Part shown: piece by piece, positions 26,458 to 38,292 of the stretch
Layout: each line of letters starts with the position of its first letter
Position numbering within the stretch: position 1 is the stretch's first letter
DNA from: Lama guanicoe
Lineage: Eukaryota
Length of the DNA stretch: 64,000 bases
Assembly (NCBI GenBank): GCA_013239625.1
Contig: MU054323.1
Span: 992,001-1,056,000, forward strand
Direction of reading: 5' to 3'
Translations under genes and position numbers: made by a program
Notes under the pieces: model-generated
Databases searched by the model: none
The model's input: only the letters and a program-made list of their open reading frames with translations
What the model was told of the DNA's origin: nothing

Positions 26458-26671
26458 TTTTGTGTGTATGTGTGTGTGTGTGTGTATGTATATATTTGTA
26501 TTGACATATAGTCAGTTCACATGTTGTATCAATTTCTGGTGTACAGCATAATGCTTCAGTCATACGTGAACATAACATTCATTTTCATATTCTTTTTCAC
26601 CATAAATGACTACAAGTTACTTATCATAGTTCCCTGTGCTATGCAATGTGAATTTGTTGTGTAAAATAGAG
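26458..26671 (-). mobile_element. Young 5'-truncated L1 3' end with (TG)n in the tail and 14-bp TSD
   Basis: TATTGACATATAGTCAGTT...ATTTCTGGTGTACAGCATAATG...TTCCCTGTGCTAT; TSD TAACACCTATCTTT at 26444-26457 and 26672-26685. Confidence 0.85.
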
Positions 26672-28587
26672 TAACACCTATCTTTACTTGTCATGGTCTC
26701 CTTGCAAACATCGCAGTGCTTATCTGAAGTTTCCAGCCACTAAATGAGCGTTGAGGAGGTGGTGGATTAATTACATCAAATGCATAATAATGATAGTTTT
26801 TTTTCTCCTTGAACTGCACCATTTCTTCATGCCCAATTTCTCAATGCTTTTCAAGAACTAACACAATTGGCACCTTCTTTATGAAGTTTGATTTATTGAC
26901 ACTGCACGTGGGGAGAGCTCTAAACGCCAAGATAGTGTGCTGGATGTCACGGATACAGGTAGATCTCCAACAGATTGGAAAGGAGCACTCACAAAAAATA
27001 GTCCAAGAGAATAAGGTCACGGTGACAGGCCAATTTCTCTACCGATAGTGTCTTCAGTTGACAAGATGGTAGAAAGTGGCTGAAATTGGGAGAGGATTGT
27101 GACAGGATGCAGTTGGATAAAGCTTGCACCTACCTAGCTTTTGTTAGTTTTGTTTAAGATGTTCTTCAGTGCCACGCCAGAGATTACACACAGCCATCAT
27201 TCTCTGTGTGCGAATTATCTGTATCTCATCTTTCTATTGATCCAGAGAGAATCATAATGTGTAACGGCTACCTGAAAAGGCAGTTCTGGAACAGACAACA
27301 AGGAAACCTTGCCTTTCTAGATCTGTCATTAGACTATGCTTGAAGCTATTCTTATTCAGGCACTGCACAAAGACTGACTAGCAAAAGATGCCTCTCGACT
27401 GGGCTACCTCGCTGTCACAATTCCCTGTCTGCTCTGTTAGAAAAGCATAAAGTACTTCACTGGGGCGGAGCTGCTTCCTAAAGAGGGAACAACTATTCCT
27501 GCTTTGCTCAGAGATAACGAAAATCTCCTTAAAATAGATTAACAAGAATGAGGCAGGAAATTGGAAAAACAGTGCTAGGCATTTTTATTTAGTTTTATTA
27601 AGTTTTTTTGTTTCTCTGAAGAAGCTAAATTCTAGATGGAGGGCTTGTTATGAATGTCTTTTATTTATTTTATTGCATTTTTCTATTTTAATGAGTTGGT
27701 CAGTCATGCAGTCAGGGTTGATGCTTTCAAAAGCCTGAGCCGATGGCTTCCTTGGTTAGGAATGGAAAACAAGACTCACACCAGCCAATACAACTTAAGC
27801 AGAAGGATCACACCCCTGCTCCGGAGGACCCTCTTCCCTGGGCTCTGCCATGTTCCCATAACATTATCCTGGAGTCACATGGCTGCTCTTTCAGCTCTGC
27901 CCTGTCTGCCTTATTTCTCTGTGATGCGATAGGGGGAGCAAAATCCCTCTGTTGTGTGTGTGTTTAAGATCTGCTGTCTAGAAGCCCATGTAAGAGCAGA
28001 TAAGAGAGTCTTCCTGCTTTTCTGGATCATTCTACACATCATCATACGTCTCAAAATTCTAATGTGGCTCATTTGATTGTGCAACGAGACCTCGACATTT
28101 TCTCGGGAGGGTTACACCATGCTTGGTACGTGAAGCTGAGCCCAGAAATATGAGAAGCAACTGAATTCTCATTCAGAGACAAGAGTACTTCATGGAGATG
28201 AGCCTTTCTGAACCAGGACCCCAGCTCTGGGATTCATACACTGTGTGATTAGGAGTTAGATTCTCCCCATTCCTCTAGATTAACTTATTTCTAAGGGTTA
28301 TTCTAATTTTGATATTTATTTCTAAGTGTAAGCTTCTTGGGACAAGTTAATAACTTATTGATTTCTCTCAAATGACAAGATTTGACAAATAGGATGTTCT
28401 CAGTAAATATTTATCAAAAGAATGAATGAATCAATGGAATTTCAGTAAGCGCTGATTGTTAGCACCATCTGAATCATTGTTAGCAGCGTACAGCCTATTG
28501 CCTTGAAATATGGCACCAGTTTAGAGAATTGTTCCCACCCGTTGTTCTTCATAAGCTCTTCCAAGGGACTAAAACTGTATAGAGATC

Positions 28588-29014
28588 TCTGATGGTTAAT
28601 TTTATGTGTCAACCTGACAAGGCTGTACTGCCCAGTCATTCGGTTAAACACCAACCTAGATGTTGTCGTGAAGGCGTTTTTTAGATGTGATTAACATGTA
28701 AATCAGTGAACTTTGAGTAAACACATTACCCTCCATAACGTGGATGGGACTCATCCAATCAGTTGAAGGCCTTAAGAGCAAAGACTGAGGGTCTCCAAAG
28801 AAAAAGGAATTCTGCTTCCACCCTGCCTTCAGTCTTGAGCTGAAAATTCAACTCTTCCCCAGATCTCCAGACTGCTGGCTACCCTGCAGATGTCAGCCGT
28901 GTCCCCCAAATCCCATCAGTCAATTTCTTAAAATCAATCAATCTCTCTCTCTTTCTCTCTGTTATAAAACTCAAGCTATTTGTTCTGTTTCTTTGGAGAA
29001 TTCTGACTAATATA
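28588..29014 (+). mobile_element. MLT2 (ERVL) solo LTR, copy 1
   Basis: TGATGGTTAATTTTATGTGTCAAC...CTCATCCAATCAGTTGAAGGCCTT...TTCTGTTTCTTTGGAGAATTCTGACTAATA. Confidence 0.9.
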
Positions 29015-30784
29015 TATTTATGTTTCCAATAAGAGAGGCATAGTTCATATGTATTCTTATTTGAATGCCCAAAGTACCACCCAGCTGGCTTTAAAATGCA
29101 TCCTCACTTCTTGTAATGCCTTGTAACATCCACTGTCTGGTTTGCAATGATATTTTAGAACCATTGATTCCAAACTTTGCCACCTCATATAGTCTTCCTT
29201 GTGAGAAATTAACAGATAAAATAAATGTTTGTTCTGCACTAGAGAAGTCTGCAAGATTTACCCTTGAACACTGGTGGCAATGTATTCAAGGAAAATGTGG
29301 TAGGGATCACACAACATTCAGTTCTACGTCTCCAGCATTAAGCCGGATAAAAGGCATAGACGGTTCTCAGTGAAATTATGTGGGTAAATGGAGGTGATGG
29401 CTTTAAGCTTTTCATTAGTTGATCTCTTTTCTCTCATCATTTGCCTTCCTCATTTTTACCTGCTCTTTCAATTCCTCCATCAACTTTCTTCTCATCCTTC
29501 TTTCTCCACATTAATTCCACAAACTCTTCCAGCCTAATCTCAACTACGTAGCATATATGCTTATACTTCCAAATACTATTTCCATTCTCACCTCTCTTGG
29601 AGAACTTCAGACTCTCTCAGTTACCCCCAACACCTAAATGGAGTTAGTCACTCCCCAGGGCTTCTAAAGTAAGTGAGGGTGTCTCTGTATCACTGATGAT
29701 CACATTGTGTTGCAAACATTGTTTACATTTCCTGCCCCATCACTAGAGTGTGTTTTCCTGGAAAGTAGAAACCAGTTAGATTGTATTTGATTTTGTACAT
29801 CCAGGATCTAGCATACACTTCAGTTTATTTAACGTATGTGAGATGGCTAACTGATCAGATGTAAGAATTTATTGTATCCATATGTTCTGAGCTTACTTTG
29901 GCAAACGAATGATTGAATGATTATGCATTCTAGGTGGAAATGGATTGATACGTTTAATGAGTATAATTCGCAGAGAGACATGACAAAATTCTGATTTAAA
30001 ATGTAAAAATGCAAAAAATACAGACACGATTAGAGCTATATATAAAATTGATAAGCCATGCCAAATTCATTCCCATTGTACTGAGTCAATGTATCTAGGC
30101 ATTTGGATAACTACTAAATGATGACACTATTTTGGATAAATTGCCTTTTACATAAAAGCCATTTTGAAGGCTATCACTAGCTTCCAAGGAATAAATAACC
30201 TTCCCACTGCAGAAGGAAACATCCAGCACAGTTGCTTTATGCACGTTAACTAATTTATTCTCACAACAAGCCTAAGAGGTAGGTATAATGTTGAAATTCG
30301 AGTTTCCGCAATGTTAAAAAATTCATTTATGGCCTGAGAGCTTGTAGGTGGTAGAATTGGACTCTGAACGGTTTTCTGTCTGACATCAAAGATTGCAAGG
30401 CTGTTCTCAGAGGCATCATGAAGATACATTAGGGCCGTTGTCATTCGAATCAGGCATTAACTCCCTGGAGACACGGATTATGCATTCCTTTGGCTTTCCC
30501 TCCTTCCAGCATCGGGCACAGTGCCCAGTATTGGGAAGGATCAGAAATCCTGTCACACGTTTGGAGATCTCACAGACACAGAGCCATCTTCACTGTGGCT
30601 TCCCATAACATAATACATGTTACGACTTGCATCATTGATGTCCTACGATTGCTCAATTTTGATACTACCCAATCCCTTTTTGGGATACAGCCTATTGCCT
30701 TGAAATATGGCACCAGTTTAGAGAATTGTTCCCACCCGTTGTTCTTCATAAGCTCTTCCAAGGGACTAAAACTGTATAGAGATC

Positions 30785-31211
30785 TCTGATGGTTAATTTT
30801 ATGTGTCAACCTGGCAAGGCTGTACTGCCCAGTCATTTGGTTAAACACCAACCTAGACGTTGTCGTGAAGGCGTATTTTAGATGTGATTAACATGTAAAT
30901 CAGTGAACTTTGAGTAAACACATTACCCTCCATAACGTGGATGGGACTCATCCAATCAGTTGAAGGCCTTAAGAGCAAAGACTGAGGGTCTCCAAAGAAA
31001 AAGGAATTCTGCTTCCACCCTGCCTTCAGTCTTGAGCTGAAAATTCAACTCTTCCCCAGATCTCCAGACTGCTGGCTACCCTGCAGATGTCAGCCGTGTC
31101 CCCCAAATCCCATCAGTCAATTTCTTAAAATCAATCAATCTCTCTCTCTTTCTCTCTGTTATAAAACTCAAGCTATTTGTTCTGTTTCTTTGGAGAATCC
31201 TGACTAATATA
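30785..31211 (+). mobile_element. MLT2 (ERVL) solo LTR, copy 2 (created by the tandem duplication)
   Basis: Same sequence as copy 1 at offset 2197. Confidence 0.9.
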
Positions 31212-33114
31212 TATTTATGTTTCCAATAAGAGAGGCATAGTTCGTATGTATTCTTATTTGAATGCCCAAAGTACCACCCAGCTGGCTTTAAAGTGCATCC
31301 TCACTTCTTGTAATGCCTTGTAACATCCACTGTCTGGTTTGCAATGATATTTTAGAACCATTGATTCCAAACTTTGCCACCTCATATAGTCTTCCTTGTG
31401 AGAAATTAACAGATAAAATAAATGTTTGTTCTGCACTAGAGAAGTCTGCAAGATTTACCCTTGAACACTGGTGGCAATGTATTCAAGGAAAATGTGGTAG
31501 GGATCACACAACATTCAGTTCTACGTCTCCAGCATTAAGCCGGATAAAAGGCATAGAAGGTTCTCAGTGAAATTATGTGGGTAAATGGAGGTGATGGCTT
31601 TAAGCTTTTCATTAGTTGATCTCTTTTCTCTCATCATTTGCCTTCCTCATTTTTACCTGCTCTTTCAATTCCTCCATCAACTTTCTTCTCATCCTTCTTT
31701 CTCCACATTAATTCCACAAACTCTTCCAGCCTAATCTCAACTACGTAGCATATATGCTTATACTTCCAAATACTATTTCCATTCTCACCTCTCTTGGAGA
31801 ACTTCAGACTCTCTCAGTTACCCCCAACACCTAAATGGAGTTAGTCACTCCCCAGGGCTTCTAAAGTAAGTGAGGGTGTCTCTGTATCACTGATGATCAC
31901 ATTGTGTTGCAAACATTGTTTACATTTCCTGCCCCATCACTAGAGTGTGTTTTCCTGGAAAGTAGAAACCAGTTAGATTGTATTTGATTTTGTACATCCA
32001 GGATCTAGCATACACTTCAGTTTATTTAACGTATGTGAGATGGCTAACTGATCAGATGTAAGAATTTATTGTATCCATATGTTCTGAGCTTACTTTGGCA
32101 AACGAATGATTGAATGATTATGCATTCTAGGTGGAAATGGATTGATACGTTTAATGAGTATAATTCGCAGAGAGACATGACAAAATTCTGATTTAAAATG
32201 TAAAAATGCAAAAAATACAGACACGATTAGAGCTATATATAAAATTGATAAGCCATGCCAAATTCATTCCCATTGTACTGAGTCAATGTATCTAGGCATT
32301 TGGATAACTACTAAATGATGACACTATTTTGGATAAATTGCCTCTTACATAAAAGCCATTTTGAAGGCTATCACTAGCTTCCAAGGAATAAATAACCTTC
32401 CCACTGCAGAAGGAAACATCCAGCACAGTACTAGTTGCTTTATGCACGTTAACTAATTTATTCTCACAACAAGCCTAAGAGGTAGGTATAATGTTGAAAT
32501 TCGAGTTTCCGCAATGTTAAAAAATTCATTTATGGCCTGAGAGCTTGTAGGTGGTAGAATTGGACTCTGAACGGTTTTCTGTCTGACATCAAAGATTGCA
32601 AGGCTGTTCTCAGAGGCATCATGAAGATACATTAGGGCCGTTGTCATTCGAATCAGGCATTAACTCCCTGGAGACACGGATTATGCATTCCTTTGGCTTT
32701 CCCTCCTTCCAGCATCGGGCACAGTGCCCAGTATTGGGAAGGATCAGAAATCCTGTCACACGTTTGGAGATCTCACGGACACAGAGCCATCTTCACTGTG
32801 GCTTCCCGTAACATAATACATGTTACGACTTGCATCATTGATGTCCTACGATTGCTCAGTTTTGATACTACCCAATCCCTTTTTGGGAAGCCTCTCATTG
32901 TATGCATGTGTTATCTGTATGTTTTTTCTATTTACACTTTATTTGAGCCACGTAATTCTAGAAATGGGAGTGGAAGGTAAAGGGTGGGTAGCGCCATGCC
33001 CGGTGAGAGAATACCAAGTCAGTTCTAACTCCCTTACAAAACTGTCAGTCCTCATCAGAGAGCAGACTTTCCCGAACCAACTTACTTGGAATCTGGCAGG
33101 TTAATAACAACCCA

Positions 33115-33490
33115 CCCACAACTGTTTCCTCACATCCTTCCACACTTCATATTCTCTCTGCCTGGAAACGTCTTCCCTGAGATGCTCATGGGGCTGATTC
33201 TCTCAGTTCATTCAGGTCTCTGTTCAGATGACACCTAATCAGAGAGGTCTTTGTTGGCCAGTCTTATTCCATAGACATCCTGGTCATTTTCTAGTCCCTT
33301 GCCCAGCTTTCTGTTCCCTCACAGCACTGACATCGGATATCGCTACCTGCTTATCTGCTTATTAGCCAGGTACTTCCACTAGAACACAAGCTTCCTAAGG
33401 GCAGAGAACATGTCTGTGTCTATCATTGTTGCATCCTCAGTGCTTAGAAGAGTGCTGGTACTTGGGTGGTATTCAATAAATACTTTTAAA
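33115..33490 (+). mobile_element. L2a 3' end
   Basis: CTCTGCCTGGAAACGTCTTCCC...CCACTAGAACACAAGCTTCCTAAGGGCAG...CAGTGCTTAGAAGAGTGCTGG...TCAATAAATA. Confidence 0.85.
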
Positions 33491-33877
33491 AAAAGTAAAA
33501 CAATGAATTGTTGTCTATTATGGTAACCCTAAAGGCAGGTATCTGATGATCTGCAACCCCTCCACTGTGTGAACACATACACACAGACACACAAAACATA
33601 CACACTGTCATCATCATTATGAAGCTCCAGGATGGCAGATAACATCTTGCTATTTAGTCTTAGACGGGCCATCTGTAACCATGCAAAGGGGCCCAATTGG
33701 CACATTTTAGGAAAAGATAGATAAATGAGCTATATTGTTTTTCATTTTCTTTGAATATTACATACATTTTAATTCCTAAGTGTACTCTTAGTTCTCATCA
33801 GCACAGATCTAAACAAAATCGTATTGGCAGCGACAGGCATCGTAAGCCCCCTGCTGCTAGATGTCCCATTGAATTCA

Positions 33878-34009
33878 NNNNNNNNNNNNNNNNNNNNNNN
33901 NNNNNNNNNNNNNNNNNNNNNNNNNNNNNNNNNNNNNNNNNNNNNNNNNNNNNNNNNNNNNNNNNNNNNNNNNNNNNNNNNNNNNNNNNNNNNNNNNNNN
34001 NNNNNNNNN
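33878..34009. other. Assembly gap (132 N)
   Basis: Run of N, followed directly by a poly-T. Confidence 1.
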
Positions 34010-34809
34010 TTTTTTTTTTAAGGTGGTTGAAATTCATATTTTAGCCTTTGGAAAACCTGCAAATAGGGCAGTGAACTTATATAGTCTGAAAAGGGGTTGC
34101 TCAGATTTGATAAATACTAAGACTGGGTCATCCCCGCTTAGGTCCAGGGCCGACCTTTGGAGAAGTAACCTGGGTTTTAGGCTCTGAAGCCATGGTGGTG
34201 TCAGAATGAGATGGGCTCTGTCCTAAACTAACACAGATACAGCGATCTATTCTGGATAGTAATGTATGTTTGTTTCCATAGATACCAGATTAAAAGGACT
34301 AATTATACAAATATCTTTTCCAGATGTATTCAAATTCTATCTCTGATTTGGTAAACCTCCTAGCATCTCATTCAATTTCTTTCTCCTTTCTCTTTTAACA
34401 GTATGCAAATACTTTATTAAGCCTGCAATAGAGATTATATGAATAGAAATTGAATTTTACTTATTGTGGAGATATGCATCTGCTATTCTTCTGTGTAGTG
34501 AGCAGTTTTGAACATATGGACTCAAATTTTCTCTCCTCCTTCTAACGATATATATGTCTCAGAAAACTACTTTGTTCTAGTAACAAACACAAATATACAT
34601 ATTTAGACATATTTAGATCTCAATGTGCAGAATTATCTATTCACTGACCGTAATGTATAAATAGTAACTAATTTTTTTAAAAAGTAAAATTATATATCCA
34701 TAATTTCACCTTGGTACATGCTTTCTGAAGGATGAAATACATGCACTTCTAGTGATCTATACTTACATTTTTATTTTTCTTCACTTAATTCTTTGGAGTG
34801 TGACATTAA

Positions 34810-34861
<52 letters not shown>
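34810..34861. repeat. Compound microsatellite (CT)n(CA)n
   Basis: Read directly. Confidence 0.95.
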
Positions 34862-35951
34862 ACCTAACCCCAGTGGCCAGATCTCTGGAGCCAACTCATT
34901 TCTTACACCTAAGGCCAAAATAGGAAGGAATGCAATGCTGATTCTCTCTAAATTCTCTCTTGAAGATGGAGGTCCACCAGCAGCAGCCATTGTAACTATT
35001 TGGACATTTCAAAGTGAAACAGGTTCACCAGTTTGAAGATCAAGTGAGGTTGTGTATTTGAGTTCACTCTGGGATGAGTGTTTCATACTCTATTATTTCA
35101 AGGCATTATTACTATGCTTAATAATAGTCCCCTGAATATAAGGAAGACATTTTCCCTTCCAAGATGCATCCTCACTTATTATCTTATTTTGATCTTCCAA
35201 GGTACAAGCACACAGTTATACAACTTCTATAGCAAAAAAATAAGGTACAGAAAAATTAAGAAAAATAAACTTGCTTGGCTTCACAGAGCTACCTACTTAT
35301 GGGCAATTTTCAGTTCTTGAACCGAGGTCTCCAGATTTCTAATTCTATGCTAAGTGTTCATAAATACTCCTTTATCTGTGTTTCATAAAGGACCGAGTAT
35401 TGTGATTACAACTATAAAGCACTACAAAATTTATAGTAAGTCATGCATTCATATAGTTCTCAAGTGTCCCCAAATTTCAAAAGGGTAAATATATTGTAAC
35501 TGAACTAAAGCATATGTGTTTATAGAAATATACAACACACACGCATACACAAACATTCACCATGTCTTTCCCCTCTTCAGTCTTTTTTTTCCTCTTCTTA
35601 CTTTCTTTATTCTTCTAATTTTGAAACTGAAGCTATGATGTTAATGGTCTCTAATGGCTCTTACTGGTCAACTGATAAACTGAGAAAATACATTGCCCAC
35701 ATTCCAAACATTGCCTACTTGTCACTCTTTCTGTTCCTTGCAGATCTCAATAAGGCCAAACCCTCTTAGCGAGTCACTGAGCATCTACCCTTCCCAGGAA
35801 GATGGTATGGTCCCCTTGCCTGTGACAAGGGCTAACTCATCTGCATTGCTTGCCCTGCAGGGATGCTGTGAGGTCCTGCATGTGCTTAGACTTTGCAAGC
35901 CCCAGAGAAAACATAATAAAGATATACAGAAAAGGGATTTCCAGGGATGGA

Positions 35952-35982
<31 letters not shown>

Positions 35983-35985
35983 TGT
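35952..35985. repeat. (TG)n microsatellite
   Basis: Read directly. Confidence 0.95.
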
Positions 35986-37949
35986 ACTAGTTTCACCCTA
36001 GGGGCTTATACCTCTGTACAGCGACATGTCACTGAGGACCCACTCCTGTTTGTGGGATGTTTGAGCAGACTGCTTCACATCTTAGCCTATCGAATTCAAC
36101 CCAAACGTATTGTGAAGATAAGAAAAGCTCACATGCACATGTCCAGGAAGGGCCAAGAAGACTCAGAGAAAGCTTCTTTCCCTGTGTCTCCTGTCACTGC
36201 AAGATAACAGTGCTCACATTGCTTGACATCAGGTGATCAGCAAAGTGTGTTCACAATTCCCTTCTGTCCAGTGTGTTGGGAGCTGGTCACCCTGAACAGT
36301 CTGGGGTCATGGTGGGAGGCTGTCACCAGGAGGTCAATTAATTTCCATGCTTACTTCTCACCCCGGCAATTCTAGTTGATATGACTGAGAAACTGATGAC
36401 ACAAAACACCCGCCTGTGAAGAAAACTGCGGCCCCCTGCTTTGAAAACTCATACTGGGGCTTGCAGGGAGGGAAAACTTCTGCTCAACTAATGTTTGTCT
36501 GATTTTGCTAAATGATGCCCTTTCCATCCCCTTCCCTTAGGAGGGGGATCAACTTAATGAAGCTACATGTATATCTTATACATATTACGGACTTCATTCT
36601 GCAAGTGTCCATACTCATTTCTAATTTATTTATTGCTTCAGAACATCAACAAATGGAGGATTTTCATGACCCAAGGAGAAATATTGAAATATTCTCTTGG
36701 CCAAAAGCACTACACTTGGAATCAGATTGTTGTAGATTTGAGTCTCAGCTCTGGAAGTTACTTACACTGTGACCTCTGGCAAATCATGCAACCTCTGTAA
36801 ACCTCCACTGCTAGTACGGCCAGTACTCTCCCTCCTAGAAGTCATGGCTGTTTGACGATCACATGGTTACTTAGAAAGGACAAAGACATAGGCAGGACAC
36901 AGCCCAGGGACATTTCATTATCCTTGTGAATACAAAAATGTTCCCCGTGGAGAAGACGTCCACAAACTCATGTTCAAGACAGAACATGTTTTGACTCAGA
37001 CTTACGTAGGCATCAGAAGGATTCCCTTTTCTCAGGGTTACAGCAGGAGCGTGGGCATAAATAGTTACCTTTTGTATAATCGTGTATTACTTGATGATGT
37101 GGTTCTGACAGTCACAGAAATGCAGAGGTGGGGAGTAATATCATCCTCACCCATGAAAGTTTAAGCTTTCCAAATTGTATTTAGAAAATAGAAAACTAAT
37201 TCCCTAGTAGGTCATGAAATCCTACAGGACAGATCTCCTTTATTGATGAAATGACTAATGCGTGACAAAATGCAGATGATGGGACATCTAAACCTTCTGT
37301 CTTAGGGTAATTGTCAAACCCCCAGAAGTCAGTGGGACATACAGGAGAATTCTAAAGTGCTGTGATCTGCATTTGCTGTTGGAATAGGGACAATGGGCTT
37401 CTCCTTTTCTCTGGTTTGGTCTACCAAGAGACACTTCAATTATTAAGTCTCCTCCTTGCATTTCTGCAGCTCCTCTCCCATTTCCCTCTACTGGAGGAGG
37501 AATCAACTGTCTGGCAAATTTGGAAGCAGAAACTACATAAACTAAACTCCTCTTATTTTTTTGTGTCTTTTGTCCTCTCTCCATCATAGGCTAAAGGACT
37601 TGCCCCTAGAAGGACACCTGATATTTTCCAGAGCAGACTTAATACATGCCAACAATTCCTTCCTCTATTGTATCCTTATACACTGTTCTGAGGATACATT
37701 GTAAAAATCTATACCATGCATTTGCAACAGGAGTGATGCTACCCTTCTTTAGCATCTTTCTTTGTGAATGTCACCTGTCAGCTGGGCTGCCAGAGGGGAA
37801 CTGGTCACTGTGGCAGTGCTCCAGCTGGGAGGCAAGGCCAGGAAGGAAAATGTGGAGTTCTGGGCAAGAGGTTCTTCCAGAGGTGATTCAGAGAATGTCC
37901 CATAACTACAAATCGAGTCCAGACCCTTCAAACCTGAGAAAGCGTGAGC

Positions 37950-38292
37950 TTCAACCATGTGGTAAGAAGGTAAGAGGCAGGGAGGAGTCAGTGGATGGTG
38001 GACCAAGATGACATCCAAGAAAGCCGCCCAAATGGCAAAGGGGAAACTTGAAGTGATAGTAACAACTGCCATGGTGGAGACCATGAGGTAAGCACACACA
38101 TCATCTAACCCAGTCCTGCAGATCAGGAACTCTTGAATCTCTGCTGTCTCCATGAGAACATGCCCAGGCTAGCAGGTGTTCCCAGAGCAGCTGAGCCCCA
38201 GCTGAGCCAACATCTCCTGAGAAAAAAATTCATGACTGCTGTGCTAAGCCTTTAAGGTGTGGGGTGGTTTCTTGTGCAGCAGTAGCTGACAT
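37950..38292 (+). mobile_element. MLT1 (MaLR) LTR 3' part
   Basis: CATGCCCAGGCTAGC...GCTGTGCTAAGCCTTTAAGGTGTGGGGTGGTTTCTTGTGCAGCAGTAGCTGAC is a typical MLT1 3' terminus. Confidence 0.65.

Larger units (their letters stand above)
28489..32888 (+). repeat. Direct tandem duplication, 2 x ~2.2 kb (28489-30685; 30686-32888)
   Basis: Near-identical text at offset 2197, then at offset 2203 after a 6-bp insertion in copy 2. The duplicated ORFs in the track give the same offsets (29057/31254; 30250/32453). Confidence 0.98.

Noticed and set aside
28460..28473. 14-nt match TAGCACCATCTGAA to the 5' part of mature miR-29a
   Set aside because: The 3' part diverges and there is no complementary upstream arm to form the pre-miRNA hairpin.
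29057..32811. Pairs of identical ORFs suggesting a duplicated gene
   Set aside because: They only mirror the tandem duplication. The unit consists of MLT2, L2/MIR-like and unique non-coding DNA, with no recognisable protein.
33751..34044. ORFs spanning the N run
   Set aside because: Artefacts of the assembly gap.
34794..34805. 12-nt match TGGAGTGTGACA to miR-122
   Set aside because: The match ends at a microsatellite and no hairpin partner is present.
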